Assembly: GCA_001821295.1 (NCBI GenBank) | Contig: MHSK01000024.1 | Location: forward strand, 1 to 51,877 | Origin: Candidatus Taylorbacteria bacterium RIFCSPLOWO2_12_FULL_43_20 | GTDB taxonomy: Bacteria; Patescibacteriota; Minisyncoccia; Phycocordibacterales; HO2-43-120 | Direction of reading: 5' to 3' | DNA length: 51,877 bases | Notes under the pieces: model-generated | Databases searched by the model: none | Told to the model about the DNA's origin: nothing | The model's input: only the letters and a program-made list of their open reading frames with translations | Shown here: in pieces, positions 8,558 to 18,410 of the stretch | Layout: every line of letters begins with the position of its first letter | Position numbering within the stretch: the stretch's first letter is position 1 | Position numbers and translations under genes: made by a program

Positions 8558-9630
8558 TGAAAAAACCTGTCAAAACAAAAATACTTTTAGTGTGTGGCGC
8601 GAGACCGAATTTTATGAAAATATCTCCTCTTTACCACATCCTGAAAAAAGAGAAGGTGGACGTAATGCTCGTAAATACCGGCCAGCATTATGACGCCAAT
8701 ATGTCTCGGAGTTTTCTTGATGAATTCGGTTTAAAGGAAGATTATAGTTTAAAACCGAGCCGTAAAACGCCTATAAGTCAAATGACCGACATCATGAAGG
8801 GGCTTGAATCGGTGTATAAAAAAGAAAACCCCGATCTTGTAGTGGTTGTGGGAGACATAAATTCGACGCTTTACGCGGCGCTTGTGGCAAAAAAGCTGTT
8901 AATACCGATAGCGCACGTTGAGGCGGGTTTGCGGTCGTTCAATAAAAAAATGCCAGAAGAAACAAATAGAATAATCACTGACCGGTTGTCTGATTTGCTG
9001 TTTGTCACGGAAGAAAGTGGCGTAAGAAATCTGATGAAAGAAGGAATACATAAAAATGTCTACAATGTCGGAAATATAATGATTGATACGTTAAAAAAGT
9101 ATCTTCCCCGCGTTAGAACCAGCGACGAGAGGTTTTATTTTGCCACTTTGCATAGGGCTGAAAACATTGACGATAAAAAAATTTTCGGAGAAATTCTTAA
9201 CGCGCTTGAAATCATCGCAAAAGACAGGAAAATCTATATGCCTCTACATCCGCGAGCGCTAAAGATGGCGCGTAGGTTCGGATATATGAAAAAACTGCGT
9301 AAAATTTGCCATCTCCTTCCGCCGCTCTCGTACAGCGAGACTATTTATTATGAAAAAAACGCTGTTTTAATTTTAACTGACTCCGGGGGTATTCAAGAGG
9401 AATCAACTTATCTGGGTGTGCAATGCATTACTCTTCGAGCTGAAACGGAACGACCTATCACTGTAAGCCGAGGTACAAATATGATTGGCGGAGTCACAAA
9501 GCGATCAATTTTACATGCTTACGCGCGCTTCAAGAAACGTAAGACGCAAAAAAAAAGACCCCCCATTCCATTTTGGGATGGAAAAACGTCTGGAAGGATT
9601 GCGCGTGTGTTAAAAAAAGCGCGACTCTAA
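8557..9630 (+). CDS. wecB: UDP-N-acetylglucosamine 2-epimerase (non-hydrolysing)
   Basis: GARPNFMK, TGQHYD, VGDINST, HVEAGLRS, PEETNR, TLHRAEN, TDSGGIQEE, TERP. Confidence 0.93.
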   Translation: MKKPVKTKILLVCGARPNFMKISPLYHILKKEKVDVMLVNTGQHYDANMSRSFLDEFGLKEDYSLKPSRKTPISQMTDIMKGLESVYKKENPDLVVVVGDINSTLYAALVAKKLLIPIAHVEAGLRSFNKKMPEETNRIITDRLSDLLFVTEESGVRNLMKEGIHKNVYNVGNIMIDTLKKYLPRVRTSDERFYFATLHRAENIDDKKIFGEILNALEIIAKDRKIYMPLHPRALKMARRFGYMKKLRKICHLLPPLSYSETIYYEKNAVLILTDSGGIQEESTYLGVQCITLRAETERPITVSRGTNMIGGVTKRSILHAYARFKKRKTQKKRPPIPFWDGKTSGRIARVLKKARL

Positions 9631-9640
9631 TAAGTGCGCT

Positions 9641-10183
9641 CTAAATTTTACCTTGGAAAAGCCAAACAAGTCGGCAGACGAGCTCTCGGGGGTAATTTAA
9701 CCATGGACTCCTCATCCATTTTTGGACGCATCTTTTGTCGTATACGACTTGTGATACATCTGCCATGAGTACGTCGACTCCTATTTTCTTGAGAACTTTG
9801 CCCGCTCTCCAAATATGGGGTTGATAACTGACCAATATTGGATGTTTCCATCCTTGTGCTTCAAGAACCGCTTTCTGCATTTGTGCCACATCCACGGTGT
9901 TCAGATATTTTACATACTCTTTTTGCGTGGGTATGTAGCCATATAGTGGCAGACCATGTAGGCATGGAACTATTTCTCCTTGCGCTATTATCGGTAGCCT
10001 AGTTTCAGTATGAAGTTGTCTGACCACTAAGGCCAAAAAACGGTTGATTTCCCCGGGTGAACCATCTGTCGCGTTGCCGCCAGCGTGCACGAGTATGGCA
10101 TCGGCCCTGCCATCGTTAGGCATAAATGTTCCTTTTGCTCGCCAGACGACGAAGCATTCAATGAAAGTTTTTAAAAAACTCAT
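9641..10183 (-). CDS. YdcF/DUF218-like protein
   Basis: DAILVHAGG, IIAQGE, NTVDVA, LVSYQPHIWRA, terminal RE motif resemble DUF218; has its own promoter. Confidence 0.55.
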   Translation of the reverse strand: MSFLKTFIECFVVWRAKGTFMPNDGRADAILVHAGGNATDGSPGEINRFLALVVRQLHTETRLPIIAQGEIVPCLHGLPLYGYIPTQKEYVKYLNTVDVAQMQKAVLEAQGWKHPILVSYQPHIWRAGKVLKKIGVDVLMADVSQVVYDKRCVQKWMRSPWLNYPRELVCRLVWLFQGKI

Positions 10184-10233
10184 TCAAACACCCTTCTTTT
10201 TTTCTGTTTTGTTTATGTTTTCAAACTAAATAA

Positions 10234-10261
10234 AGTATAAAACATATTTACAAAATGTCAA
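10234..10261 (-). promoter_or_regulatory. sigma70-type promoter for the YdcF-like gene
   Basis: Minus strand TTGACA (10261-10256)-N16-TATACT (10239-10234), about 50 nt upstream of ATG 10183. Confidence 0.6.
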
Positions 10262-10262
10262 A

Positions 10263-10323
10263 GGGGCGTAACCGTGCTCACGCCCTGATGAGGGTTGTTA
10301 TTCCCGCTGAGACGGGAATCCAG
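10263..10323. repeat. two REP-like hairpins: GGGCGT..ACGCCC and ATTCCC-N8-GGGAAT
   Basis: Hairpin at 10263-10286; ATTCCC GCTGAGAC GGGAAT at 10300-10319 followed by CCAG. Confidence 0.55.
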
Positions 10324-10421
10324 GCCATATTTATACGCCAACCCCTCCCTTTGGAAATGCCGTTGTTCCGATGCTCAGCTTTTCGTATACTTTTGATTAA
10401 TCATTTGCTAGTCTAGTTTGT

Positions 10422-10868
10422 ATGGCGCATAAATACCCTGTTCGTAAATTTTTTGCCAGTAACTATTCTATTCTCCATGGCCAGGTGATCAAACACAAGC
10501 GCGTTGCAAAGTATGTAATTTCCGGCACTATTGCGGCGGCGGCGAATATCGCCTTGCTTTTTTTGCTGACAGATATAATGAGATTTTGGTATCTTTCGTC
10601 CGCCGTTATCAGTTTTATGTTCGGAGTGATCGTAAGTTTTGTTCTGCAAAAATATTGGACATTTGAAGATAATCGCGCGAGCAGAATAAAAAGTCAGTTT
10701 GCCGTTTATGTCGCAATAGCAATAGGCGGAGCGATAATCAACACGGCCCTTGTTTATTCTTTTGTAGAAATCGCGGGGTTATGGTATCTTTTAGCTCAAA
10801 TTTTTTCCGGAGTGGTCATAGCAGTTGTTAATTTTTTTTGTTATTGTTACCTTGTCTTCAATAAATAA
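10422..10868 (+). CDS. GtrA family small flippase-like membrane protein
   Basis: Four TM segments; KYVISG, SFVLQKYWTF, LLAQI, VVNFF pattern. Confidence 0.88.
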   Translation: MAHKYPVRKFFASNYSILHGQVIKHKRVAKYVISGTIAAAANIALLFLLTDIMRFWYLSSAVISFMFGVIVSFVLQKYWTFEDNRASRIKSQFAVYVAIAIGGAIINTALVYSFVEIAGLWYLLAQIFSGVVIAVVNFFCYCYLVFNK

Positions 10869-10870
10869 AT

Positions 10871-11803
10871 ATGAGACCAGACATATCAGTTGTGATACCG
10901 CTTTTGAATGAAGAAAAAACCCTTCCGGCTCTTTGTGACCGCCTGGTTGGCGTGTTAAAAAATCTAAACAGACATGAAGTCATATTTGTGGATGACGGAA
11001 GTACTGATAAAACGACGGGGATTATTGAGGAAATCATTCAAAAAAATCTTTTACAGACAAAGCTAATAACTTTTTCTCGCAATTTCGGCCATCAATCCGC
11101 GGTCTCAGCGGGATTAGAGCATTCCTCGGGAGAAGTTGTGGTGATAATGGACGGTGATTTACAAGACCCTCCGGAGATTATTCCCAGTCTCATTCAAAAA
11201 TGGAAAGAAGGATACAATATAGTCTACGCGATTAGAACAAAGCGGAAAGAAAATATGATCAAGAGACTTCTGTATTCAGGTTTTTACAGAGTTCTTCAAA
11301 AAATGGCTGATGTGGACATACCGCTTGATGCGGGCGATTTTTCATTGATGGACAGAAGTGTCGTAGACGCTATTGTCCGGCTGCCTGAAAAAAACCGTTT
11401 TATTAGGGGATTGCGCTCATGGACCGGCTTTTCTTCAATTGGTGTCGTTTATGAAAGGGATGAGAGAGTCGCGGGAAAAACAAAGTATACATTACGCAAG
11501 CTCTTTCATCTCGCTTTTGACGGTATAACGGGTTTTTCAACATTTCCTTTAAAGCTCTCGGAATATATTGGATTTTCGATGACAATATTAAGTTTTTTCT
11601 CCGGGATATCCATCATCATTCTTTGGTTGACTGTCGGAATCGCGGTTCCCGGCTGGACATCGCTAGTGCTCGTTTTATTTTTTCTTGGCGGAATACAGCT
11701 TTTCGTTCTCGGAGTGATGGGCGAGTATGTAGGCAGAATTTATATAGAGGTTCAGAATCGTCCAGTTTACATTATTAAAAAGAAAATTGGTTTTAAAGAA
11801 TAA
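10871..11803 (+). CDS. GT2 polyprenol-phosphate glycosyltransferase (GtrB/YkoT-like)
   Basis: VVIPLLNEE, VDDGSTD, SRNFGHQ, MDGDLQDPP, GDFSLMDR, RFIRGL, two C-terminal TMs, GEYVGRIY.EV..RP.Y. Confidence 0.93.
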   Translation: MRPDISVVIPLLNEEKTLPALCDRLVGVLKNLNRHEVIFVDDGSTDKTTGIIEEIIQKNLLQTKLITFSRNFGHQSAVSAGLEHSSGEVVVIMDGDLQDPPEIIPSLIQKWKEGYNIVYAIRTKRKENMIKRLLYSGFYRVLQKMADVDIPLDAGDFSLMDRSVVDAIVRLPEKNRFIRGLRSWTGFSSIGVVYERDERVAGKTKYTLRKLFHLAFDGITGFSTFPLKLSEYIGFSMTILSFFSGISIIILWLTVGIAVPGWTSLVLVLFFLGGIQLFVLGVMGEYVGRIYIEVQNRPVYIIKKKIGFKE

Positions 11804-11807
11804 TCTC

Positions 11808-12551
11808 ATGGATTCCACTTTATACGACATCCATAGGAATTGGCATGATACTCATTGGTGGTTTCAAGGACGCAAGAAAATTGTCGGCTTTCTTTTAGCC
11901 AGAGCTTGGAGAAAGCGTAAAAAATTAAAAAGTATAATTGATATAGGCAGTGGAGGCGGGTCTATGATTGCCATGTTGAAAAAACACGCAAGTGAAGTGG
12001 ATATACTGGAACCCAACAATCGGTTGGCCTATCTTATCAAAAAAAGCGGGGATTCAAACAATGTCTACGATGTCCCGTTGGAGCTGTTTCGGGGTACGCG
12101 TGAATATTCTGCCGCGTCATTGTTTGACGTCCTTGAGCATATTCAAGATGATATGAAAGCGCTCAATAAAATCCACTCCATGCTGGAGACCGGCGGTTTT
12201 ATCGCTATCACAGTGCCGGCATACGACTTTCTGTGGAGTTCTCATGATGTAAAAGCGGGACATTTTCGCAGGTATACAAGATCAGAGATTGTAAAAAAAC
12301 TTGAGGCATGCGGGTTTAGCGTAAAGAGAGCGACCTATTTCAACACTATTCTCTTTCCTGTCGTATGGGCGGTTCGCGTCTTCCGCAAAAAGGATGCTAA
12401 ATTTAGCGGCAGCAAGAGCGATTTTAGCTTCGGCGCAACCGGAGCTGTTAATTGGTTATTGGGCATGATGTTTTCTTTCGAAAAAATATGCCTTTTTTTC
12501 GGTAATTTTCCTTTCGGTGTTTCCATATTTTGTCTTGCTGAAAAGAAATAA
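11808..12551 (+). CDS. class I SAM-dependent methyltransferase
   Basis: HWWFQGR, IDIGSGGG, FDVLEHI, TVPAY.FLWSSHD..GHFRRY. Confidence 0.88.
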   Translation: MDSTLYDIHRNWHDTHWWFQGRKKIVGFLLARAWRKRKKLKSIIDIGSGGGSMIAMLKKHASEVDILEPNNRLAYLIKKSGDSNNVYDVPLELFRGTREYSAASLFDVLEHIQDDMKALNKIHSMLETGGFIAITVPAYDFLWSSHDVKAGHFRRYTRSEIVKKLEACGFSVKRATYFNTILFPVVWAVRVFRKKDAKFSGSKSDFSFGATGAVNWLLGMMFSFEKICLFFGNFPFGVSIFCLAEKK

Positions 12552-12561
12552 CAAATTGTAT

Positions 12562-12601
12562 GAGCCTGTTCGTTAATTTCGGTTAGATTATGAACAGGCT
12601 C
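12562..12601. mobile_element. internally deleted MITE remnant, same family as 42128-42311
   Basis: GAGCCTGTTC...GAACAGGCTC. The right end TTAGATTATGAACAGGCTC (12583-12601) is identical to 42293-42311. Confidence 0.7.
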
Positions 12602-12629
12602 TAAGACATCTCGCCATAATAGTAAAAAA

Positions 12630-14393
12630 ATGGATACGAAAATTTTAAATCCAAAGAAAGAAACATATAACCGACGGAAAAGGCGTATGTTTTTGGCGGC
12701 GCTCATTTTTGCCGTGCTGGTCGGTGTTTTTACCGCTGCCCCTTCTTTCGTTTTTTTGAAGCAAGTAGGCAGTGATTACAAGGAAGTTTGGCCGGCTTTT
12801 GATGGAGACTCTTTGTATTATTTTGCCAGAATCGGTGAAATTTTGGATGGACAAAAAAGTATTAATCATCCGTATTTCGCTGAACACAAAGAAGAGCCGT
12901 ATCCTCAGGCGTCAGCCGGAGAATATTTCGTCGCTTATGTTTCAAAACTTTTAAATACCATACCGCCCATCGCCCAAATATGGTTTGATCTTTTCGGGTC
13001 AATGTTGATTTTTTTGCTTCTGTTTTATTTCTTTAGGATATTCAATCCTTATCATCCTATCTTGGCTGTAGTTTTACCCTTCCTTTTCGTTACAGTCATC
13101 ACTGGCGGGTTTTTCAAGCCGATTCATTCGCAAATATCGTTCCCGCTTTTAATTTTGTTTCTTATTTTGTGGGCGCATGCTGTACTTCATCGCAAAAGAG
13201 GCGCGGCAAAAATCATCTGTGCCGGAATTATTCTCGGTTTTTTGTTTCTTACATATTTTTATCACTGGTCCTTTGTCGTCGTAATATTGGGTGTCTATGC
13301 CATTTTGGAAATTTTTAGAAGAAATTACCGAGAGGTTTTTCGCTCTGGCTGGATACTGCTTATCGGTATCATTGTTGGTTTGCCTTATTTTTATTCGGTT
13401 TGGGCGGGCCTGTCCGCGCCTAATCACGCCGAGACAATGGTCAGGGTTGGGGTTTATTTTTCACACTTGCCTGAAACTTTGCCTAGACTCGCTGTGGCTA
13501 TTGTCTGGCTAGCTTCTTTTGTCAGTGTCAGTTGGAGATATCGACTACTCGGAGCAAAAGATAACCAAATACTGCTTACGTTTCTCATCGCCAATATAAT
13601 ATATCCCAACCATCAGATTATAAGCGGTATGATCATTCAAAACGCTAATCATTGGTCATGGATGCCCGTTTTCATTTATCTACTAACAGGAAGCTACCTT
13701 ATCGGTAAAATTTTGGCGTCAAATGAAAGGAAATCCGGTAAAATCTTGATAACGTCAATCGTTTGTATGCTTATGATCATTCCTTCCGCTCGTTTGTCAT
13801 CATTTCATTTCTCTTGGAAAAGACACCTAAGCGGTTCACAAGATTATTATTTGAACATTCAAAGATACGGGGGACTTTTTTCTTGGATTAATAACAACAC
13901 AAAAAAAGGTTCGGTTTTTTTGTCAGATTTTGACTTAATGGGTTTTATTCCTGCATATACGCACGCGAACGTTTATTATCATACGTATGCTTTCAATCTG
14001 CCCGGAAGCGATTTGGAAATCGTGGAGCGCGCGTTAATTAGCCGTATCTTTGAACCAGAATTTTATGATGATCCGCATTTTGGCATGACTGTGGATAACA
14101 GAATACTTTGGACTCAGCCGGCCCAGACCGAGAGAAACACCCACAAAATATATGATATTCTCGGCTTAGAATACGAGAAGAAGTATGACTTGAGGACTGA
14201 GGTAGCTTATGTGAATTCTGTATTGACTGGCCTTGGTTCTGACAGATATAGCATTAATTTGTTGGGCAAATACAGGTTGGATTATATTGTTTGGGACAAA
14301 AAAACCAAACAGAACTGGAATCTTGATGTTTATCCCGAGCTGGAACTGGTCTTTGAGGAAGACGGCATAGCGGCGTATAAATTAAAAAAATAA
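12630..14393 (+). CDS. polytopic GT-C-like membrane glycosyltransferase with C-terminal soluble domain
   Basis: About 11-13 hydrophobic segments; acidic DGDSLYY after TM1; C-terminal WINNNTKKGSVFLSD and KYRLDYIVWD resemble STT3/PMT-type extracytoplasmic domains; follows gtrA/gtrB. Confidence 0.6.
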   Translation: MDTKILNPKKETYNRRKRRMFLAALIFAVLVGVFTAAPSFVFLKQVGSDYKEVWPAFDGDSLYYFARIGEILDGQKSINHPYFAEHKEEPYPQASAGEYFVAYVSKLLNTIPPIAQIWFDLFGSMLIFLLLFYFFRIFNPYHPILAVVLPFLFVTVITGGFFKPIHSQISFPLLILFLILWAHAVLHRKRGAAKIICAGIILGFLFLTYFYHWSFVVVILGVYAILEIFRRNYREVFRSGWILLIGIIVGLPYFYSVWAGLSAPNHAETMVRVGVYFSHLPETLPRLAVAIVWLASFVSVSWRYRLLGAKDNQILLTFLIANIIYPNHQIISGMIIQNANHWSWMPVFIYLLTGSYLIGKILASNERKSGKILITSIVCMLMIIPSARLSSFHFSWKRHLSGSQDYYLNIQRYGGLFSWINNNTKKGSVFLSDFDLMGFIPAYTHANVYYHTYAFNLPGSDLEIVERALISRIFEPEFYDDPHFGMTVDNRILWTQPAQTERNTHKIYDILGLEYEKKYDLRTEVAYVNSVLTGLGSDRYSINLLGKYRLDYIVWDKKTKQNWNLDVYPELELVFEEDGIAAYKLKK

Positions 14394-14394
14394 A

Positions 14395-16248
14395 ATGTGC
14401 GGGATTAACGGTTTCAATTTTAGAGACGAGCTTCTCATACAAAAAATGAATGAGGAAACGAGCCATCGTGGGCCGGATGACGGTGGCTTCGCTTTTTCAA
14501 ATGAGTGGTCTTTAGGACATAACCGCCTATCTATAATAGATCTTTCAGAGGCAGGACATCAGCCTATGGAATCGCGAGAGGGTGACTTAGCCATTGTTTT
14601 CAACGGAGAGATATATAATTTCATTGAAATAAGACGGGAGCTTGAGGAGGAGTTTCGTTTTGTGTCAAAGACTGATACGGAAGTTCTGCTCTATGCTTAC
14701 AGGAAATGGGGAAGTCAGTGTCTCGGCAAACTGAACGGGATGTTTGCTTTTGCTATTTTAGACCGCAAGCGGGAAGAAGTTTTTATAGCCAGAGATCGGA
14801 TAGGTATAAAACCTCTTTATTATTATTGGAAAAATGGAAAATTTATTTTCTCTTCCGAGATTAAAGCTATCCTAGCACACGATATTCCAAGAGAACTTGA
14901 TTATAAAGCCCTCAATATAAATTGCCGGATGCTCTATGTTCCGGCCCCCTATACCGTATTTAAGGATATTTATAAACTTGAACCGGGTTACTGCGGAACA
15001 GTCAGAAAAGGAGAATTCATAAAAACTCAGTATTGGAAATATCCCGACGTTTCGCTTTTAGAAAATAAAGACGAAATAATTAAAGAAACAAGGAGGATTA
15101 TCAAAGATTCTGTTCGGCTTGAGCTTGTGTCTGATAGGCCGGTTGGAATATTTTTATCAGGTGGAATCGACTCGACGATTATTGCCGGAGTCGCCTCAGA
15201 ATATTCTAGGCAGATTCAAACGTTTTCTGCGGGTTTTGAAAAAACGGAAGAGGAAGAGAAATACAATAATGATATGAAAGTAGCGAGAGAGACCTCAAAA
15301 TATTTTGGTACGAAACACCACGAGTTTATTTTCAGCGCTAAGGATGTGATAGACGCAATACCGGAGTCTATATATCACATGGATGAGCCGATTTCCAATC
15401 ATGTCCAGGCGGTAAATATGCTCCTGGCCCGACATGTTTCCAAAGAGGCGACAGTGGTTTTAGGTGGAGATGGAGGGGACGAGCTTTTCGGGGGATATGA
15501 AAGATATTATTATAACTATCTTTTGGATCGTATTGGGAAAGTTCCTTTTGACCTCGGACGGGTTTTAGGAAAATTTCTGAGAAATGAGCTTAATAAGAAA
15601 TTGTCTCTTCAAGATGGCGCCGAAAGATATCTCTCTTTTTTTGCTCAAAAAGAAAATATAATATCGGAGTTTTTTTCTCCAGCTTTAAATCAACCCGATG
15701 CAACGTTTGAAATATTCAATAATTTATATTTCCAAGAAATTATGCCGGACTTTACCAGACAGTTCATGAGGACGGATGTTCTTTCCTGGCTTCCGTCGGA
15801 ATCTCTTGTCAGATCGGATAAGATGTCTATGGCGGCCGGAATTGAACAGAGAGTGCCTCTGCTTGATCACAGATTGGTTGAGCTTGCCGACAGGATACCT
15901 TTCTCCATGAAGCTTGGTGGAAAAGGTCTTAATATTTTATCTCGGGGCAGGCATTATCGCGGGAAAAGAATATTAACGGAAGCCATGCGTGAATATCTGC
16001 CGGACTTTGTGATCGATCAGCCTAAATGGGGATGGTTTTCTCCGGCCGCCAAATGGATTCGTGGGCCGCTTTTGCCGCTTATGAGAGAAGTTCTATCCCC
16101 GGATTATAATAAGGAGACAAAACACATGTTTGATTTTAAAGTTTTGAACAGAATTCTTGATGATCATGTTTCAAAAAAACAGTATGCCCTCAATACTCTT
16201 TGGTCTGTCATGACTTTTCAGATTTGGTATCGGAAATTTATAAAGTAA
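14395..16248 (+). CDS. asnB: asparagine synthase (glutamine-hydrolysing) family amidotransferase, glycan-associated
   Basis: MCGI, HRGPD, HNRLSIIDL, FNGEIYN, RDRIGIKPLYY, LSGGIDS, GDGGDELFGGY, DKMSMA..EQRVPLLD. Confidence 0.93.
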   Translation: MCGINGFNFRDELLIQKMNEETSHRGPDDGGFAFSNEWSLGHNRLSIIDLSEAGHQPMESREGDLAIVFNGEIYNFIEIRRELEEEFRFVSKTDTEVLLYAYRKWGSQCLGKLNGMFAFAILDRKREEVFIARDRIGIKPLYYYWKNGKFIFSSEIKAILAHDIPRELDYKALNINCRMLYVPAPYTVFKDIYKLEPGYCGTVRKGEFIKTQYWKYPDVSLLENKDEIIKETRRIIKDSVRLELVSDRPVGIFLSGGIDSTIIAGVASEYSRQIQTFSAGFEKTEEEEKYNNDMKVARETSKYFGTKHHEFIFSAKDVIDAIPESIYHMDEPISNHVQAVNMLLARHVSKEATVVLGGDGGDELFGGYERYYYNYLLDRIGKVPFDLGRVLGKFLRNELNKKLSLQDGAERYLSFFAQKENIISEFFSPALNQPDATFEIFNNLYFQEIMPDFTRQFMRTDVLSWLPSESLVRSDKMSMAAGIEQRVPLLDHRLVELADRIPFSMKLGGKGLNILSRGRHYRGKRILTEAMREYLPDFVIDQPKWGWFSPAAKWIRGPLLPLMREVLSPDYNKETKHMFDFKVLNRILDDHVSKKQYALNTLWSVMTFQIWYRKFIK

Positions 16249-16274
16249 ACGCACGCAATATTTTTTTAACATAA

Positions 16275-17030
16275 ATGACGCAGAAAGAAGCATTAAAAAA
16301 ATCCTACGAAATATTATCTCCTTTTTCTGATAATCAAAAGTGGGAATTTGATAATAATCTTGTCCATCTAAGACACATTACTCGATTTATCGGCAAGGAT
16401 GCCGAGATTTTAGACGTGGGTTGTGGAATTGGAATACTTGCTCTTGCGCTCATATTACTGGGGTATAAAGTAAAAGGGCTGGATAAATATGTCTTTATCC
16501 CTTCCAATTACTATCATGTAAGAGACGTTGAACGTTTAAAAAAAATTTGGGCGAGTTACGCTCTGGAGGTTTTCAACACAGATCTTTTGGATGAGGAATC
16601 AAAAAAAACTTACGGCATGGTTGTCAGTGTCGCCACAATAGAACATCAGCCGTACCCTAAAAGGTTTCTTACTAAGCTTTTGGAGAAAACAAAAAACGGG
16701 GGGCTTATATACATCGCTACGCCAAATATAACCAACTTGATGAACAGACTGCGATTTCTCTTAGGACGATCACCTGTAACCAATATCAAAACATTTTTTA
16801 ACGAGGGTAATGATTTTAACGGCCACTGGAGAGAATATATTTTGTCAGAATTAAAGCTAATGTTTACGGAATTGTCGATTGAGATTGTTTGTGCCAGAAA
16901 CACTCAAAGCATGAGGCCGGACTTTAGCTTAAAAAAAATGTTCAAGGTCCATCGATCTATCTGCCGATTTCTGGCTTACTTTGTGCCAGGAACTGGAGAC
17001 ACGAATATAATTATTGGACGGAAAGAATAG
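16275..17030 (+). CDS. class I SAM-dependent methyltransferase
   Basis: ILDVGCGIG, TIEH, ATPN, HWREY. Confidence 0.88.
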   Translation: MTQKEALKKSYEILSPFSDNQKWEFDNNLVHLRHITRFIGKDAEILDVGCGIGILALALILLGYKVKGLDKYVFIPSNYYHVRDVERLKKIWASYALEVFNTDLLDEESKKTYGMVVSVATIEHQPYPKRFLTKLLEKTKNGGLIYIATPNITNLMNRLRFLLGRSPVTNIKTFFNEGNDFNGHWREYILSELKLMFTELSIEIVCARNTQSMRPDFSLKKMFKVHRSICRFLAYFVPGTGDTNIIIGRKE

Positions 17031-17138
17031 CTCTGCGAATGAATAACGCCCCGCGGCGCTGGGTTTAGAATCTACTTTCATATTTGGCAAGTGTAGACGG
17101 TGATATATGGTTATTTATATGGTATATTCGTATCTATT

Positions 17139-18317
17139 ATGAAGATATTGGTAATAACGCCAAAATTTCCTCTGCCCGATTCAGGAGCTTGTGAGAAAGA
17201 CAGGATGTCGGGCATCTTGACTTTAAAGCGATTGGGTTTTGAAGTGCGGGTCTTGGCAAAATATTTTGCCTTTCAAGACAAGAATCAAATTGATGAATGG
17301 GGGAGGAAACACGGCATAGCTGTTACTCTTGTTGAGTATCGGTTCAAAAAGAAGGCGGCGGATCAGTCTTTTATTAAACATACGAATCCGTTTCATTGGG
17401 ATGGGGCAGCTAACGAATATAGCGACTCTGTCATTCAAAATGCGGCGGAAGAGCTGGCGGAAGTATGGAAACCGGAGCTTGTATGGTTTGACTATACTTA
17501 TCTTTGGCCTCTATATAAAATTTTCAAAAGTAGAAATATCCGAATAGTGACAAGATCCATTAATTTTGAGCCGGTACATTTTTTACAAGAGGATGGAATT
17601 TCATTGCGTAATTTGGCCAAATTTTTTCCAAAGGTTCTAAGCGAGATAATAACTGTGATCAAAAGTGAAGCGGTACTCGCCATAACTCCAAACGAAGAGA
17701 AAATTTATCGTATTTTGGGATCGCGCCACACTTCCACTCTGCCGCTTCGAGGTCTAGCGTCCGTTGTGGAAAGCGAGTGGATACCGCGAGACTCAAGACC
17801 GCTCCACGTCTTTTTCATGGGGGCATCTTACAATGTTCATCATAACAGAAAAGCGGCGGAGCTAATACTGAAGAAAATCGCGCCCGAAGTGGAAAGACGG
17901 GCGCCGGGAGATTTCATTTTTCATATCATGGGATCTAAACTTCCGGAAGAATTCGCGTCATATGTAGTCGGAAATGTGCGCTATGACGGGTATGTGCCTG
18001 ATCTCCATGCTCATTTAAGGACCATGGATGTCGCGCTTGTTCCGTCGCTATTGGGGGCCGGCATGCAGCAGAAGATTTTTGAGCCGATCACTTTGGGAAT
18101 TCCAACTATTGTTTCCGAAAGAGGGCTGGCTGGCTATCCGTTTTTTAACGGAAAACAGGTTTTGACTTGCCACTCTACGACTGATTTCGTGGAGAATGTT
18201 TTACGTATGAAAGATTATGATTTGAGAAAGAAGTTATCTATTGAAGCGAAAGAGACGAGCGCGGCACTTTTTTCCACGCAAAAAATTGATTCAATTATAT
18301 TAGACGCGTTGAAATGA
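17139..18317 (+). CDS. glycosyltransferase family 4-like
   Basis: MKILVITPKFPLP, FMGASY..HN, GYVPDL, VPSLLGAGMQQKIFE. Confidence 0.82.
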   Translation: MKILVITPKFPLPDSGACEKDRMSGILTLKRLGFEVRVLAKYFAFQDKNQIDEWGRKHGIAVTLVEYRFKKKAADQSFIKHTNPFHWDGAANEYSDSVIQNAAEELAEVWKPELVWFDYTYLWPLYKIFKSRNIRIVTRSINFEPVHFLQEDGISLRNLAKFFPKVLSEIITVIKSEAVLAITPNEEKIYRILGSRHTSTLPLRGLASVVESEWIPRDSRPLHVFFMGASYNVHHNRKAAELILKKIAPEVERRAPGDFIFHIMGSKLPEEFASYVVGNVRYDGYVPDLHAHLRTMDVALVPSLLGAGMQQKIFEPITLGIPTIVSERGLAGYPFFNGKQVLTCHSTTDFVENVLRMKDYDLRKKLSIEAKETSAALFSTQKIDSIILDALK

Positions 18318-18410
18318 AACAGAGTTAAAGAGGTTCAGTATTGAATTTTAAATGACATGAAGTAGATTTTTGTTGAAAATTTTTCAGGAAGAGGTTATAG
18401 TTTGACTCTA

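Noticed and set aside
14395-16248. housekeeping asparagine synthesis
   Set aside because: Embedded among glycosyltransferases; AsnB-family genes in such loci typically amidate uronic acids.
17047-17064. short GC hairpin CGCCCCGCGGCGCTGGGT as an IS200/IS605 end or terminator
   Set aside because: Too short and imperfect, no second copy seen, and no convincing U-tract.
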